This document shows positions 39,301-52,447 of a stretch of DNA of 64,000 nucleotides, one piece after another (within the stretch, counting starts at the first letter, position 1; the number at the start of each line of letters is the position of its first letter). The notes beneath the pieces were generated by a model. The model was not told where the DNA came from. It did no database searches and saw only the letters and a program-made list of their open reading frames with translations. This DNA is from Eledone cirrhosa. Taxonomy: Eukaryota. The translations under genes and the position numbers were made by a program. The stretch covers positions 186,496,001 to 186,560,000 of the forward strand of contig OZ024740.1 of the NCBI GenBank assembly GCA_964016885.1. Reading direction: 5' to 3'.

Positions 39301-39905
39301 GCTATGTTGGTATGGTCACGTGATGCGCATGAAAGACGACAGCTGTATAAAAAAGTGCAGAGCAATAAAGATAGACAGTAGCCACGGAGTAGGCAGACCC
39401 AGAAAAACCTGGGACGACCTGATAAATTCTGACATCACACACTACACCTCTCCAAGACAATGTCACTGGACCGAGATCTTTGGCGGTACTCAGTAATAGA
39501 GAAGACCGGCCTTACCTAAATACAAAGTAAAACCTACTACTAACAAAATACACCCCCGTCCCGCCACCCCCACCCCATCCACACCGCCCCTTTCAATGTA
39601 AAGTTATGTTGGTGCCACAACATCCAGGCTGAAACAAATGAAACAAATGAGATCGTGTTGGTGTCACGACAAAAAAACACACAGTCCATGCTGTAATGTG
39701 GCCGTGTAGGCAACACGGTAAAAACCTCCCAGTCCCACACTGTAAATGTGGTTGGTGTTAGGAAGGGCATCCAGCCATAGAAAACCCCCAGCCAGTCCTA
39801 TGCGAGCAAGACAACCACTCTTGCCTCAAGTGGGAAAACTCCCGTCCAAACCCATGCAAGCGTGGAACATGGATGTTAAACGATGATGATGATGATGATG
39901 ATGAT
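36330..39905 (+). mobile_element. RTE-clade LINE family 2, near full length, degenerate
   Basis: FRVGTMNVGTL APE start, RT with YADD, and PHD-like finger at 38734-38865; several stops and frameshifts. The 3' UTR at 39520-39880 mirrors 33066-33443; (GAT)n tail. Confidence 0.93.
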
Positions 39906-40080
39906 GTGTGTTACACCTCTATTCTTTTAAATATATATATATATATATATATACTCATATACATATATATATTTTCACATGTATGCGAGTGTGTGTGGTG
40001 TCAACCTTAACCAGTGTTGCTTGATGATTAGGAGAGACAAAATAATCAAAATAATTAAATTGACTCGATACCACAGCTAC

Positions 40081-40553
40081 ATATCAAATTATAAAATAAG
40101 AGGAAATAACAGACACAGATAAATATACCTAATTTTTCTTCAAAATCCCGACTGTACAGTTTCGCTGGTTTGTATGCAACAATTGCACATTATAGATGTG
40201 CAATATTGTTGTGAGGCACCCCAGCTTTTCTAGATATGTTTGTAGCATGTGACAAAATCTCAATAGGCGGAGGAAGGAATTAAGATGTGATGCATCTGAA
40301 GTAAGTGAAAAATATCTCAAAAGGCAGGGGGAGAATTTAATGCATGATACAGAGGTCACTAGCGGGTAGTAAAGTGGAAAACGTTCCTTCCTTGGGGTAT
40401 TCCTTGAGAAGCTGGTGTGCCTCACAACAATATTGCACATCTATAATGTGCAATTACTGCATAAGGACCAGCGAAACTGTACAGTCAGGATTTTGAAGAA
40501 AAAATAGGTATGTATCTGTGCCTATTATTTCCTCTTATTTTATAATTTTATAT
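40081..40553. repeat. Fold-back inverted repeat (arms about 40081-40232 and 40406-40553), right end on (TA)n/(TG)n
   Basis: aaattataaaataagaggaaata...ctgtacagtttcgctgg...tattgttgtgaggcacc is mirrored with scattered mismatches. Confidence 0.93.
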
Positions 40554-41569
40554 ATATATATATGTGTGTGTGTGTATGTGTGCGCACGCACGCGTGTGTG
40601 TATGTATGTTTGTGTGTGTGTTTGTGCATGTGCGCGTGTTTGTGTGTGAGTGTGTGTGTGTGTGTGTATGAACAACAGATTTTGCACCTAGAAAGTTTCT
40701 TTCTGAATCATAAGCTTGAGCAAGGTGTTTCGGGGAAGACCAGCAGTTATCAACTGGTTCAAATTAATCATATATCCTTTTACGATCTTTTAAAGAATTG
40801 AACATATTGGATAATGTAGTCCGTGACAAAATGCTGCTCAAATAAAAAAATGATACAATGGGTGAGACACTGGTAGGATATTGAAGTTTGTCACTTTTGT
40901 AGACAGTGCCTAGTCAACTGTATGCATGTTTAGGAGGAAATTTGATCTTTGTTTGTAGATATTAGACAACTATGATGCATACATGTTTTGGGCTATTAGG
41001 CCTTATCAGTTAAGTACAATGTTGCATAACCAAGCTGGCTGATAAGCTGACATATATTTTTATATATAGAAAAAGAGTTAATAATTTTTCACTAGTATGA
41101 TTTGAATAATTAATAAATTAAATAATTAACTCAAATGCAGCAATGATATGCATTTTAATAATTAAATTCAAGTGCAATGATCTGAATGGTATATGCAAAA
41201 CAATTTTCTTTCTTTCCCTATACATATAAATTAGCTATGAAAAATTACTATCTATATACTCAGGGGCTGCTGAGTCTGAGTTGTGATGAGGGCTAAACAA
41301 TATCACAATGAAAGTAAAATCATTCATTCCCCAAATGAATGTAATAAGCAAAAAAATCCAAACCACAACAATAAATAAGTTAAAGACACTGTGATTAATG
41401 GCTTTACATTATTGTCCAATAATATTTATTTAAGGGAAAAAAAGAAAATCATGGAAACTAATTGAAAAATAATAATCGTTTGAATAAATAAAATGATGAC
41501 AGTAATATAAAAAATATATATTTTAAAAATAGTATTTCTAAAAAATATATTAGAAGGAAAATTAGGATA

Positions 41570-41940
41570 AGAAATAATATTTTATCAAAATAAGTTGAAA
41601 TATAAGATATACATTATAAAATAACATTTTATCAAAATAAGCTAAAATATAAAAAAATATATTGTGAAATGACATTTTATCAAAATAAGTCAAAATATAA
41701 ATCTAAAAAAAATATTCTATTAAAATATAAAATATTAATAAAAACAGAAAAATCGAAATAGAAAATATAAATGAAAAATGTTTTATCAAAATATGTTAAA
41801 ATTTAAAATACAATAAATAATAATATAACATTAAAATATGTTAAGATAGGAAATATAAGAAACAAAACAAGATTTTATCAAAAAAAGTTACAATATGAAT
41901 AAAATATAACATTTTATCACAAGTTAAATTATAAATCTAA
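41570..41940. repeat. Degenerate AT-rich minisatellite (core attttatcaaaataagtt), about 6 copies
   Basis: Core recurs near 41579, 41626, 41674, 41781, 41872 and 41910. Confidence 0.6.
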
Positions 41941-43289
41941 CAAAAATTAATATTTCTCAAAATAAATTAGGTAAATTCTACTGCAGTTATATATTTTTTA
42001 TCCATTTTATTTCATAATATATTTTATATTATTTTGATGAAAATTTCTTCTTGGTCTAAGAATAAATCATTGGAGTGTTAATATGGCATCTAGTATTTTA
42101 GATCAACAAGTTGCTATGGTTCAGCAGGCTGGAATGTTGTTTTTATTTTTTATTATGTTGTATTTGAAAACCCTCAACAAATTATTGCTATGATTAATCA
42201 TTGGTTCGAAGAGATTTCTGACATTATAAATAGTATAGAAAATAAGCTAATTTTTTTTTCATTCAGAAATATTTATACATATGTATATGTGTACATGCGT
42301 ATGTGTTAGTACATGTGTGAGCGTGTGTGGGGGTTTGCATGCACACATATGCATGCTTGCGTGTGTGTGTGCAGATACATGTGTACAGCAAAACCAAAAG
42401 AAGTTAAAATATGTACAAAGCCAGCCAAATTCTCAGCCTGAGTATGGATAGATAGCACTCTTACTCTCTCTCTCTTCTCTTTTTCTTTCTCTTACATACA
42501 CACTCAGACATGATAATCATAGTGCAAAAAAAATAAACACACTAAACATACTTGTTGCATAAGCTTGTAGATATATGTGAAAACACGCACACATAAATAT
42601 ATTTAAACATACTCATATATATGTGCATGTGTGTGTATGCAGACACATGCACATATATATCAATGAATGTGATTCTACACACACATGCACACACTCAGAG
42701 AAATATGTATCAATACCCATGAATGAACAAATGTGAAAGGTTTCTATTTAATATACAATGTAACTCATATTTAACATATAACACAAATTATAAGCTTCAT
42801 AACATCTAATATTTCTTGTCAATACATCAACAGATACCTGATATATCTCACCTATGGGTACTGCAGAAATAGTTGCGTAGTGTTTGTGTACCACCTGTTA
42901 CTTTAATTAGAGAAAATATAGTTGTGTAGAGAATATATATCACTAATTGAGGAGTGCTTTGGTATAATATGTCACCTCACACAGGTGAGGCTGAGGAGTC
43001 AATACCACACAGAATGATATTTGAATATGAATGACTATATCAGTGTACGGTACCACAGTAATTGGTGGATAGGTGACTGACTGCATTCATACAGGTCAGG
43101 AATGAAGTTTGATTTAAACCTCAAAATGTATAGAAGCTTTGTTCCTGGTTCAATCCAACTCTGCAGCAGCTTGTGTAACTGTCTTCTACCATAGCCTTGT
43201 ATTAACCAATACCTTGTGAGAAGAATTTGGTAGAAAGAAACTGCCTGGAATCCTTATATATCTAAATAATAACTCTTACTAACCTTCAA

Positions 43290-43550
43290 GATAACAATTA
43301 CAATTGCTCAAAGACAGTTACAATTTGCAGTACATTGTTGGAAAAGTAAGCAAGGAGTCATACCCAAGTTACTATTGAGGGAACCAACTTATGGGAGATG
43401 CAGTAGAGGAAAACCTGCTCGAACTTTCATCGATCAACTCTCAGAAGAAACAAACCTCAGTAGCGAGCACTTGCCAGGAGTAATGGTAAAATTGTTAATT
43501 GTGGAAAGACATAGTCACAAATGTTCAACTGTGGTTGCAATGATGATGGA
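43290..43550 (+). mobile_element. Old RTE-like LINE 3' fragment, preceded by a SINE fragment at about 43110-43250
   Basis: QLQFAVHCWKSK...LLLREPTYGRCSRGKPARTFIDQLSEET resembles an RTE C-terminus. Confidence 0.6.
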
Positions 43551-44019
43551 TAAGCTTCATGGCTCGATGCTAAAAATGAAAATAATTTCTTCATTTTCTT
43601 GTTATAATTACTTCAAAGTAAACCCACGAGGCCCAATGTCAGTTAATACTTCAAATATCAAACTGGCTGAAAGCACTCTTGGATCAAATGTTTGTATTAA
43701 TGGGTTCATATTTTTTTAAAAAGGTTTAAGCATATAACCTTTGTTAAGTACGAAACATCAGTTTGATAATAGGAACGATTGTTATATGACAAAATCCTTG
43801 CAAATGTTTGATTATTGGAAAAATTTAAGCAAAATCTTTATTGAGAAATATGGTAAATGAAAGGATTAAACTCTAAGTACCCTGGTTCACTGCATCTCTG
43901 TATGTTGCAGGAGGTTATTAAAAGGGTTGGCATCATGAAGGGCATCTAGCTACAAAACACTGCCTTAATCAACACATCTCATTTAAGCAACACCAGTCTA
44001 GAAAAGCAGACATAAAACA

Positions 44020-44415
44020 GGTGATGATTATGATGATGGGGGTGGTGGTTATTGTCATCGTTATCTTCATTATTGTGGCATCAGCTGCAACAACATTAAT
44101 GGAGGTGCTTATGATTTTGATGATAAGGATGAGGGTGGGGGAGGTCCTGGCAGTTGTGGTCATGGTAGTTATGATGATGATGATGATGATAATGATGATT
44201 ATGAGGAGAAGGCGGAGGCTGTTGGTAGCGGAAGAGGGTTGCATTTGTCATTATGGCATCAGCTATGGCAACAGTGATTGTGGTGGTAAAGATGATGAGA
44301 GAGGGGTGCAAAGAGGGTGGTGATGGTGATGACAGTGGTGGTATTGAGGATAATGACAATGATGAGGATGTGGAGGAGGGTGATGGGGTGGAGGTGTTGG
44401 TAATGATGATGAAGA
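44020..44415. repeat. Degenerate (GAT/GGT)n low-complexity tract
   Basis: gatgatgat and ggtggt runs; it produces the spurious poly-Met/His ORFs. Confidence 0.85.
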
Positions 44416-44663
44416 TTCAGCTCTAAAGATGAGATTAATAGTCTGAAAAATTATAATCGTATTAACAATGACTCATCTCAGATATTTAAACACTTTAGAC
44501 ATTCTTGTATTTATTTTATTTAATTTGATATGATATCCAGGTATAAAACCAAACTAGATATTGTATAATACTTAGCTTACTAATTTTGCTTGAATTAGCT
44601 TTGGTATTCTTTTAGTAAAATTGTTGTTTCTACTAGTCATATCACCATCCTTTGACAGCAGTG

Positions 44664-44792
44664 GAAACACATGGCCTAGTGGTAATGGTGTTGGACTTAT
44701 TATCATAGTGTTGTGGGTTTGATTCTTTGACTGGATTTTGTGTTGTGTTCCTGTTGCTCTAGTATACTCAGCTGAAAATGAGTACCAGCAAT
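44664..44792 (+). mobile_element. Degenerate tRNA-head SINE (SINE-B type)
   Basis: cacatggcctagtggtaatggtg...gggtttgattc...actcagctgaaaatgag, related to 47127-47270. Confidence 0.6.
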
Positions 44793-45754
44793 TGCTGGAA
44801 CAAGGTCATATGCCTTTCTGAGGTCTACAAAACAAGAATATACCTCTCGACAATATGCTCAAAATTTCTTGAAAACCTGCGATAGTGTGAATATTGGGTC
44901 AACTGTGATGTGTTCAGAGCAAAAACCACACTGTTTATCATCTAACATGAACTTGACAATTTCCCTGGCACATTACTGCACCAGCTCCTACAAATTCTTG
45001 CACTTAATTCAGCCTTCTGCCTACCATCACTCATGAACAGAGCCCCAAGATCCAGGCTACTCACTACATACAAGTCAGCCAGAGAATACCTTCTCTGTTT
45101 TAGGCTTCTAACATCTCAAGCCAGATTTCATCTTCCCCAGTGACGTTGCCACATTTGAGCTCTTTGACTGCTCTGCTGACCTCTGCCCCAGAGAGATTAG
45201 TCACCGCTCCCAGATGTATTGCATGGTCTTGTACCTAAATTAGAAATCAATATTTGGCAGTTCCATCACCATTTTTATTTATTGTTAAGTGAAAATGTTT
45301 ATCATAGACTAAAAGCTGGGTATTTAATCTTCTTCTTTTGGAAGTTAGAGAAGATACTACAGGTGATAAGTGCTATGTAGTGCCTACAACTGGCATACTA
45401 CTTCTAATGCATTTAAATTTGTCATATCTGTGGTAATGATCTGATTTAACAGAGTTAATTGGGATTACACAACAATGTTTGGTGTAACATCCATCTTATT
45501 TTGAGTAGATTTCCTGGATTGCATTACAATCTATTAGTGTTACTAATAAATGGTTTGTTTCTTTCAACTATGCACCTCTTTCTCACACTTTCTCCTCACT
45601 CCTCACTATTTCTTTCAATTTTCAACCGATTTAATGAAATAAATGGAAAATCAAGACTTGTGTAATGCTGCTGGTTTCCAAATGTATCTAAAACAACAGG
45701 AAATAAAGGGAGTTGATGTATGGGGATGATGGAGGTAGGGGCTAAATTAAAACT

Positions 45755-46064
45755 GTGGCAGCATTCATTAAAGCACTTACTTAACTTCAGTGAAGTTGGT
45801 TAATATATATATATATATACATATACATATACATATATATATATATATATATATACTCATATATATATACACATATAATATACATACATACATACATATA
45901 TATATTAGGAAAATAAGAAAAACAGTAGAAAATGCTAATGGGATTTTCTCAAAGAATAACAGCAAAACATTTATTTAAAAAAAAGGCAATTAATTGTACG
46001 GGTTTCAGCCAAAAGTTGTTTAGGCTTCTTCGTGCTACAGGAGATTATATATTAATAAGTAGAG

Positions 46065-46163
<99 letters not shown>

Positions 46164-46337
46164 GAGGAGTCAGGGCCTGATAGTTGAGCTCTTGGTGATT
46201 CAACAGTTAATTCCATAGACATCTGTAATTAGCTGCAAAATGGCAAGAGTTCAACCATAGGCCCTGATTCGTTCCAATATATATATATATAACCAACTTC
46301 ACTGAAGTTAAGTAAGTGCTTTAATGACTGCTACCAC
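45755..46337. repeat. 48-bp inverted repeats (45755-45802 / 46290-46337) with inner (TA)n, enclosing Penelope-like fragments
   Basis: gtgg[c/t]agca[t/g]tcattaaagcacttacttaacttcagtgaagttggtta on both strands, 2 mismatches. Confidence 0.9.
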
Positions 46338-46471
46338 TACACTGTACTATCCCAAGTATCAAGTAACCTACTAATTTAATACTGGTTAAATCTTGACGTA
46401 TATATATATATATATTTCCTTTCTGAATTTGTTTAGCAAGATTCTTTATCTGAAAACGTGTGTTGATACCG

Positions 46472-46888
46472 ATATTGTTATACTTTGGGAGGGTCATGTT
46501 GCCAATAAGAAACACACGGACCAGTTACTTTCACTTCAATTTATTATAATAAATTTATAAATTTAGGAATTTATAAATTTCCGGTTGGTTGGTTCCACAA
46601 CCAGATGGTTGTTTATATATTGTCAAAGTTCTTTCGTCACACATTCTGTGACCTCTTCAGTGACTGGGGATTCTTTTCTTTGTTTTTGTGCCTCTCCTTT
46701 GTTCTGTCCTACGCCATCTTGTTTCTGTGTGAAACAAGTTGGCGTAGGACGATATATAAACAACCATCTGGTTGTGGAACCAACCAATCAACCGGAAATT
46801 TATAAATTTATTATAATAAATCGAAGTGAAAGCAACTGGTGCGTGTGTTTCTTATTGGCAACATGACCCTCCCAAAGTATAACAATAT
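46472..46888. repeat. Fold-back palindrome, right end on (TA)n
   Basis: Arms 46472-46624 and 46748-46888, plus an inner stem 46706-46725/46731-46750 closing a 5-nt loop. Confidence 0.95.
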
Positions 46889-47126
46889 ATATATATATAT
46901 ATATATGTATGTATCATCATCAACAATATTTTAAGTTCATTTTGACATGCTTCCATAGACAAATATATGTATATATATTTTTATATAAAAATTTGTATTG
47001 GTGCTCCGACGTAGCGATATACATATAAATGTATGTATTGTATATTGAATAATATAAAGGATGTTTATGAAAAACATTTGAAGGCCTTTCACTATGAATG
47101 TTTATGGTTTTATATATATATATGAA

Positions 47127-47505
47127 GGCACATGGCTTAGTGGTTAGAGCATTGGGCTTGCAATCGAAAGGTTGTGAGTTTAATTCTCAGACCGGGTGAT
47201 GTGTTGTTTCCTTGAGCAAGACACTTTATTTCACATTGCTCCAGTTTACTCAGCTGTAGAAATGAGATGATAGGGACTGGGGTCCCTATCATTCCACTGC
47301 AAAGTAGTCGTGGAGGTGCCACAGCAAAAAAGCACCCAGCCCACACTGTAAAGTGGACGTGTAGGCACCACGAAAAAGCACCCAGCACTCACTGTAAATG
47401 AGGTTGGTGTTAGGAAGGACATCCAGCTGTAGAAATCAAGCCAGAATCAGTTCCCGTCCCACCCTTGCAAGCAGGGAAAAGCGGACATAAAATGAAATGA
47501 AATGA
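47127..47505 (+). mobile_element. tRNA-derived SINE (SINE-B) with an RTE-derived 3' tail
   Basis: A-box-like tggcttagtggt, degenerate B box, body block ggttggtgttaggaagg-catccagc, and tail cccgtcccacccttgcaagcagggaaaagcggac identical to RTE family 1 (about 17122-17156). Confidence 0.88.
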
Positions 47506-48042
47506 TATATATATATATATGTATATATGTGAAAAATAAACAAGGGAAAACAACATGGGAGGACAATGCTGTACAATGATTGACATAAAAGGAAAAACTC
47601 TTAATGTTTTTGACATCAGTCCTTCATGAGAAGATACATGTTGGCATGTTGGTGTAATTGGCTAGCACACTTATTTTGAAAATAAGACGTGTGTGTTTGA
47701 TTCTCATGCATGCTAATGCCCATTTTTTTCTGTTCTCGGGGCTTATATGCTCTTTTATAGTCAGACTATTTTCTGTAGTAAAGTTACTAATTCAATTATC
47801 AAATTCCAAGGCCGCTTCTAATCACGTGATGTTTACATATGTAATATATATATATTATAATAATAGTAATAAATGGAAGATATATACTTTATATCATCTC
47901 TATTTATTTCATTATATATATTTCAAAGATCAAAGTTTTATGAATAACATAAACCAGAACATGTCATCTTCAGACAAAATACATGAGATGTATAATTTGA
48001 TTTTGGAATTATATGAGTAGGAAAGTATTTAATATTTGATAT

Positions 48043-48109
<67 letters not shown>

Positions 48110-49699
48110 TAGGCTGTGAGGTAAATTATTTAGTTCAAAAGAAGGAAATAATTACCGATAACAAATTTATAAATTCAACAATCTTATTTAAGTAGTTAAT
48201 ATTACAAAGAAAATGTGTGTGCATCTTGATAGTCTAATCTATCAAATTATATTAAATTTAATTTATTTAGATACTACCTAAATTAAAGTGGATGAAATAT
48301 TGTAATGGAGGAAGATTATAACGGAGAAAATAACGGAAACAAATTACTTAACTTATTTTGTCATATAATCTAGATGTTTTAAATAAAGATAACAAAATAG
48401 TTTTAAAATTATATATAAAGGAGTAATACTTATCTTGTTATTTTTATATATATATATAAAGCATAACTAAAAACTAAAAACATATTCGAGAATAGGTGGA
48501 GGCAAGAATTAAAAATTATATATAAAGCTATAATCACTATTATGTTATGTATTATAAAGCTTAACTAAAACCTCTATTGGACCTTTTCGAGAATGGAGGT
48601 GCGATATAAAGAATTTGAGATCACAACTCTTTGAAATGGAAAAATTTTTATAAGGTAAAGCATTAGAAAGTTTGTGCCAAGAAAGCGAATATTCTATACT
48701 ATTATTTTTAAGCGACAAAATTAATTCAGATAAAGCAGTACTAAATCTTATGTATTGAACGTGTGACAGTGTTTATACCACCTTTCTTTAAATTTAGAGG
48801 AAGTGGAAAAATATAATTATAAGACTTATCTTCTGTTTAAACAATGCATTTATAAACTAAATTACGGCCAAGATAGTTATTACTTAATGGGCAAGAATAA
48901 TTATTTTTTCAATTGTAATTACCTTGTTGGTAATAATGTTGTTATTTAATAATGCCACTCTGTTGTCGTAGTTTGTAAGGTTTTCATTGTCTATGTTATT
49001 GGTATAATTATTGTTAACTGAGAGGTTATTTATTCTATTAGTGTTCTCTGATTATCATTAGGGTTTCTTTATGAATAGCTCCGAGATTTCTATTATCAAT
49101 TTTAGCTATATTTTGGGATATATACCTAGTGGTTGTATATGAGAGTTTAATTGTGTGTCTATTGAAAATACTATATTTATGCGTTTTGGGCAAGCATTTA
49201 TCAAGAACATTGAAGAAAAGGTGAGCTAAGTTTTTTTTTTATTCCTAGAGATAGTGCTGCAGAATACCATAAAATAGAACGAGAACAAATTCTTTTATAT
49301 GACTTATTGGTTTTACAGGAGTTATATCGATTATAGGACTTATTGGACCTAGTTCTGCGGCTTATGTTATGGATAATAGCGTTATATAAACTGAATAATG
49401 GTCAATTTTTGTTTTTGTTTTTTGACAAATCTAATTACTGTAAATAATTTATTAAACGTTTAAACCAACTGTAATTATTCTCAGACTCACGTAACCCCCT
49501 ATGTGTTGAGTTATTTTCCAGTCATATGCTTGGTGGTCACCGATCTATCCAGCTCGATGTCTACCAGCATTTCATGAAAAACTATACATCTCATATATAT
49601 TTTGTCTGAAGAGGACATGCTCTGGTTTATTTTATACATAACATTTTGCATCTTCAAAATATATATATATAATGAAATAAATAGAGATTATATAAACGA

Positions 49700-49927
49700 A
49701 AAGAAACACACAGTCCACACTGTAATGTGGCCGTGTAGGTAACACAGTAAAAAGTTCCCAGTCCACACTGTAATTGTGGTTGGTGTTAGGAAGGGCATCC
49801 AGCCGTAGAAAACTTGCCATACAGTCCTATACGAGCGAGACACGGTCACCCGACCAATCTTGCCTCAAGTGGGACAAACCCATGCTAGCGTGGAAGATAG
49901 ACATTAAAAGATGATGATGATGATGAT
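49700..49927 (+). mobile_element. 3' fragment of the RTE family 2 UTR or of SINE-B, (GAT)n tail
   Basis: Colinear with 39675-39905. Confidence 0.85.
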
Positions 49928-50371
49928 ATATATGTAAAAGCAAACAGCATGTATATATATATGTACAATGGTCAATTTCATATTTGTATCTTGAAATATA
50001 CAGAATGATTAAAAGTGTATATTGATAAGACTTCAGTTTCAAATTTTTCTGTTAGATGTTATATATATCTTGTAGAAGGCAACTAAGTAAACTTACCTTT
50101 GTCAATGCAAATTTAATATATGGGTATTAGTTCCAGGCCATATTAGAAATAAATATTGGCTCTAGATATGTGTGGCATAAAACTATATAATACTAGATCT
50201 GAGAATGTAGAAAGATCTAAATTTATGAAAGTATTCAAAGTAGAAATTGTTAGAAAAGAACGACAGGGAAGACAAATGAAAGTGGAATACTGCTGCAGGG
50301 GCTACCATGTTGCTATTTTAGAACTTTTACTCCATTGTTACACATATTTTCTGTTTTATGTCAGTGCAAAA

Positions 50372-50576
50372 ATAATGGTTTCAGTTTTAGGCACAAGGCT
50401 AGCAATTTTGGAGGATTGGAAGCCTTAAATTGATCTCTAGTACTTTATTTTATCATACCCATACGGATGAAAGGCAAAGCTAGACTTGGCAAGATTGAAC
50501 TTAGAATGTAAGTGGATGTAACTCTATGTTGCAAAGCATGCTGTCCTATGCTATACCAATAATGCCAATCCACCAG
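50372..50576 (-). mobile_element. Old SINE-A
   Basis: ttaggcacaaggctagc...ggatgaaaggcaaag...gccaatccacc. Confidence 0.75.
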
Positions 50577-50789
50577 TAAGAAAATAATAACTGCAGCAGA
50601 AACAACACCATCAACTGTGTCCTAATTGGATGAATGAAATGTTCAGTTTATTACCACTAGTTGCAAGAATTCAAACCATGGTTTAAGGATACATTCCTTC
50701 CTCCCTCCTTTGCCCCCTCCTTTCTACCAATCTTTGAAGCCCCATGAAGTGTCATGGTCACTGCTCTTCTTTCCTTCACTAAATAATAA

Positions 50790-51002
50790 GAAAAGTGTAG
50801 AATAAATGCAAGATGTGGTCTATAAAGTTAAAAACATTCTCGATAACAATGGGAGCATCAGGTATGATAAAAAAGAACCTGTACAAACACATAGAAACCA
50901 TACCAGGGCTCAAACCGATACACACAATCTTCCCCCCTCCCCATTAATATAGCTATTCTAGGCATTGTTCACAGCCTACACAAGACATTTTCAATTCAAT
51001 AG
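50790..51002 (+). mobile_element. Ancient R4/Dong-type C-terminal remnant
   Basis: Translates to MWSIKLKTFSITMGASGMIKKNLYKHIETIPG...AILGIVHSLHKTFSIQ*, similar to the C-termini of the Dong copies at 0-10 kb. Confidence 0.6.
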
Positions 51003-51224
51003 CAGAACTCACATGGCAAAAGTTTTGTAAAACTTACACAAAACAAACTCCATAGAATCATCACACAATTGAAGAACATAACTCACACTGCGCCACAGCA
51101 ATATGATGCAAGCCAATGGTGGAACCTATGCAGTCATATGGCTTGCTAGAAATTAAAGCAAATAACTACTTCAAACTTTTCCTTAGTGTCTTAAAAAAAG
51201 ATGCAATTGATAATGTTCTTAGAA

Positions 51225-51445
51225 GTACGCTATGTCTGAATGTTAATGTGCATGAACTCAGAGGAAAATTGAATATAACTGGAATCAGATGTAGTATACA
51301 AGAGAGAAGGCTGTGCTGGTATGGACAGGTGGTGTTTATGGATGATGAACGCTATGAGAAGAAGGGCCAAGAAATCCCAGTAGTAGGAAGCTGTAGTAGA
51401 GAAAGAGTAAGGAAGACATGGGTAGAGGTGGTGAGTACTGATCTC
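51225..51445 (+). mobile_element. RTE 3' fragment
   Basis: NVHELRGKLNITGIRCSIQERRLCWYGQV...RKTWVEVV matches the RTE C-terminus. Confidence 0.8.
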
Positions 51446-52375
51446 CAATTGAAAAAGGTGAAACTGGTTTTTAATCAGCTTTGTGTAATTATTTACTGTC
51501 ATGGTAAGAAAATTAGGTGAAAGTAGAAGACTGTCAAATGACACATAGAGAGTGAGAGAATGACATTAAAAGTAAAATAACTGTAGGAATTAATATGAGA
51601 GGAGATTGAAATTATTCATTAACTTCACATTGTTTAAAGTAAAGTGAAAAATAGGACATTCTTCATATGCAGATAAATAATGATGGAAAAGAAGGAAAAC
51701 TTTATACAGTTTTACTATGGATTTTGTAATAAAAGAACTTCAGGAATAATGAAAATTACATGTAAATCTTTCAATGCTTTGTAAATAGTGTCATTATTTT
51801 AAATCATATTTTATAACTACCATTAAACCATCTTAGTAAGTTATATACGAACAACACAATCCCAGACCTCTCTCACTTACCAAGTGGAGTGGAACTTGTC
51901 AAATCAGTTCATGGAATCAATGTTCCTAGTATCTTTGTAATTGCTGTTAATATATCCTGGTCACAACTCCTGGCAGAAAGAGCAATGAGAAATAAAATGT
52001 ATTGCTCAAGAACACAATGCATCAGCCAATCTGGCAAATAAACTCACAACTTCACGATTGTGATTCCAATTCCCTAACCCCTAATCCATGTGCCTTCTAG
52101 TGGACCAATACAAAATGTTATAAATATAAAAACTGTCATTTTCGACAGCCCACTGTTTGTGTGCTTATATATTTATATCTCATTGTTATCCATCATATTT
52201 GGCAGATGACATGCAGTATCTCCTTTATGACTTATTGATCCCTTGTTTAATATTAAGTGTCAAATACAAAGAAATTTATCATATCAAATGGATGCACCCT
52301 TCGTATAATTAATATAACTGATATCATTTTTGATGAAACATATACACTTAAATATACGTATCAATAAATAAATAT

Positions 52376-52444
<69 letters not shown>

Positions 52445-52447
<3 letters not shown>

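Noticed and set aside
43969-44359. Hydrophobic or His-rich small proteins
   Set aside because: They derive from a degenerate (GAT)n tract.
50096-50300. Strong minus-strand donor (aaag|gtaagt) suggesting an exon
   Set aside because: All three upstream frames have stops close to the donor.
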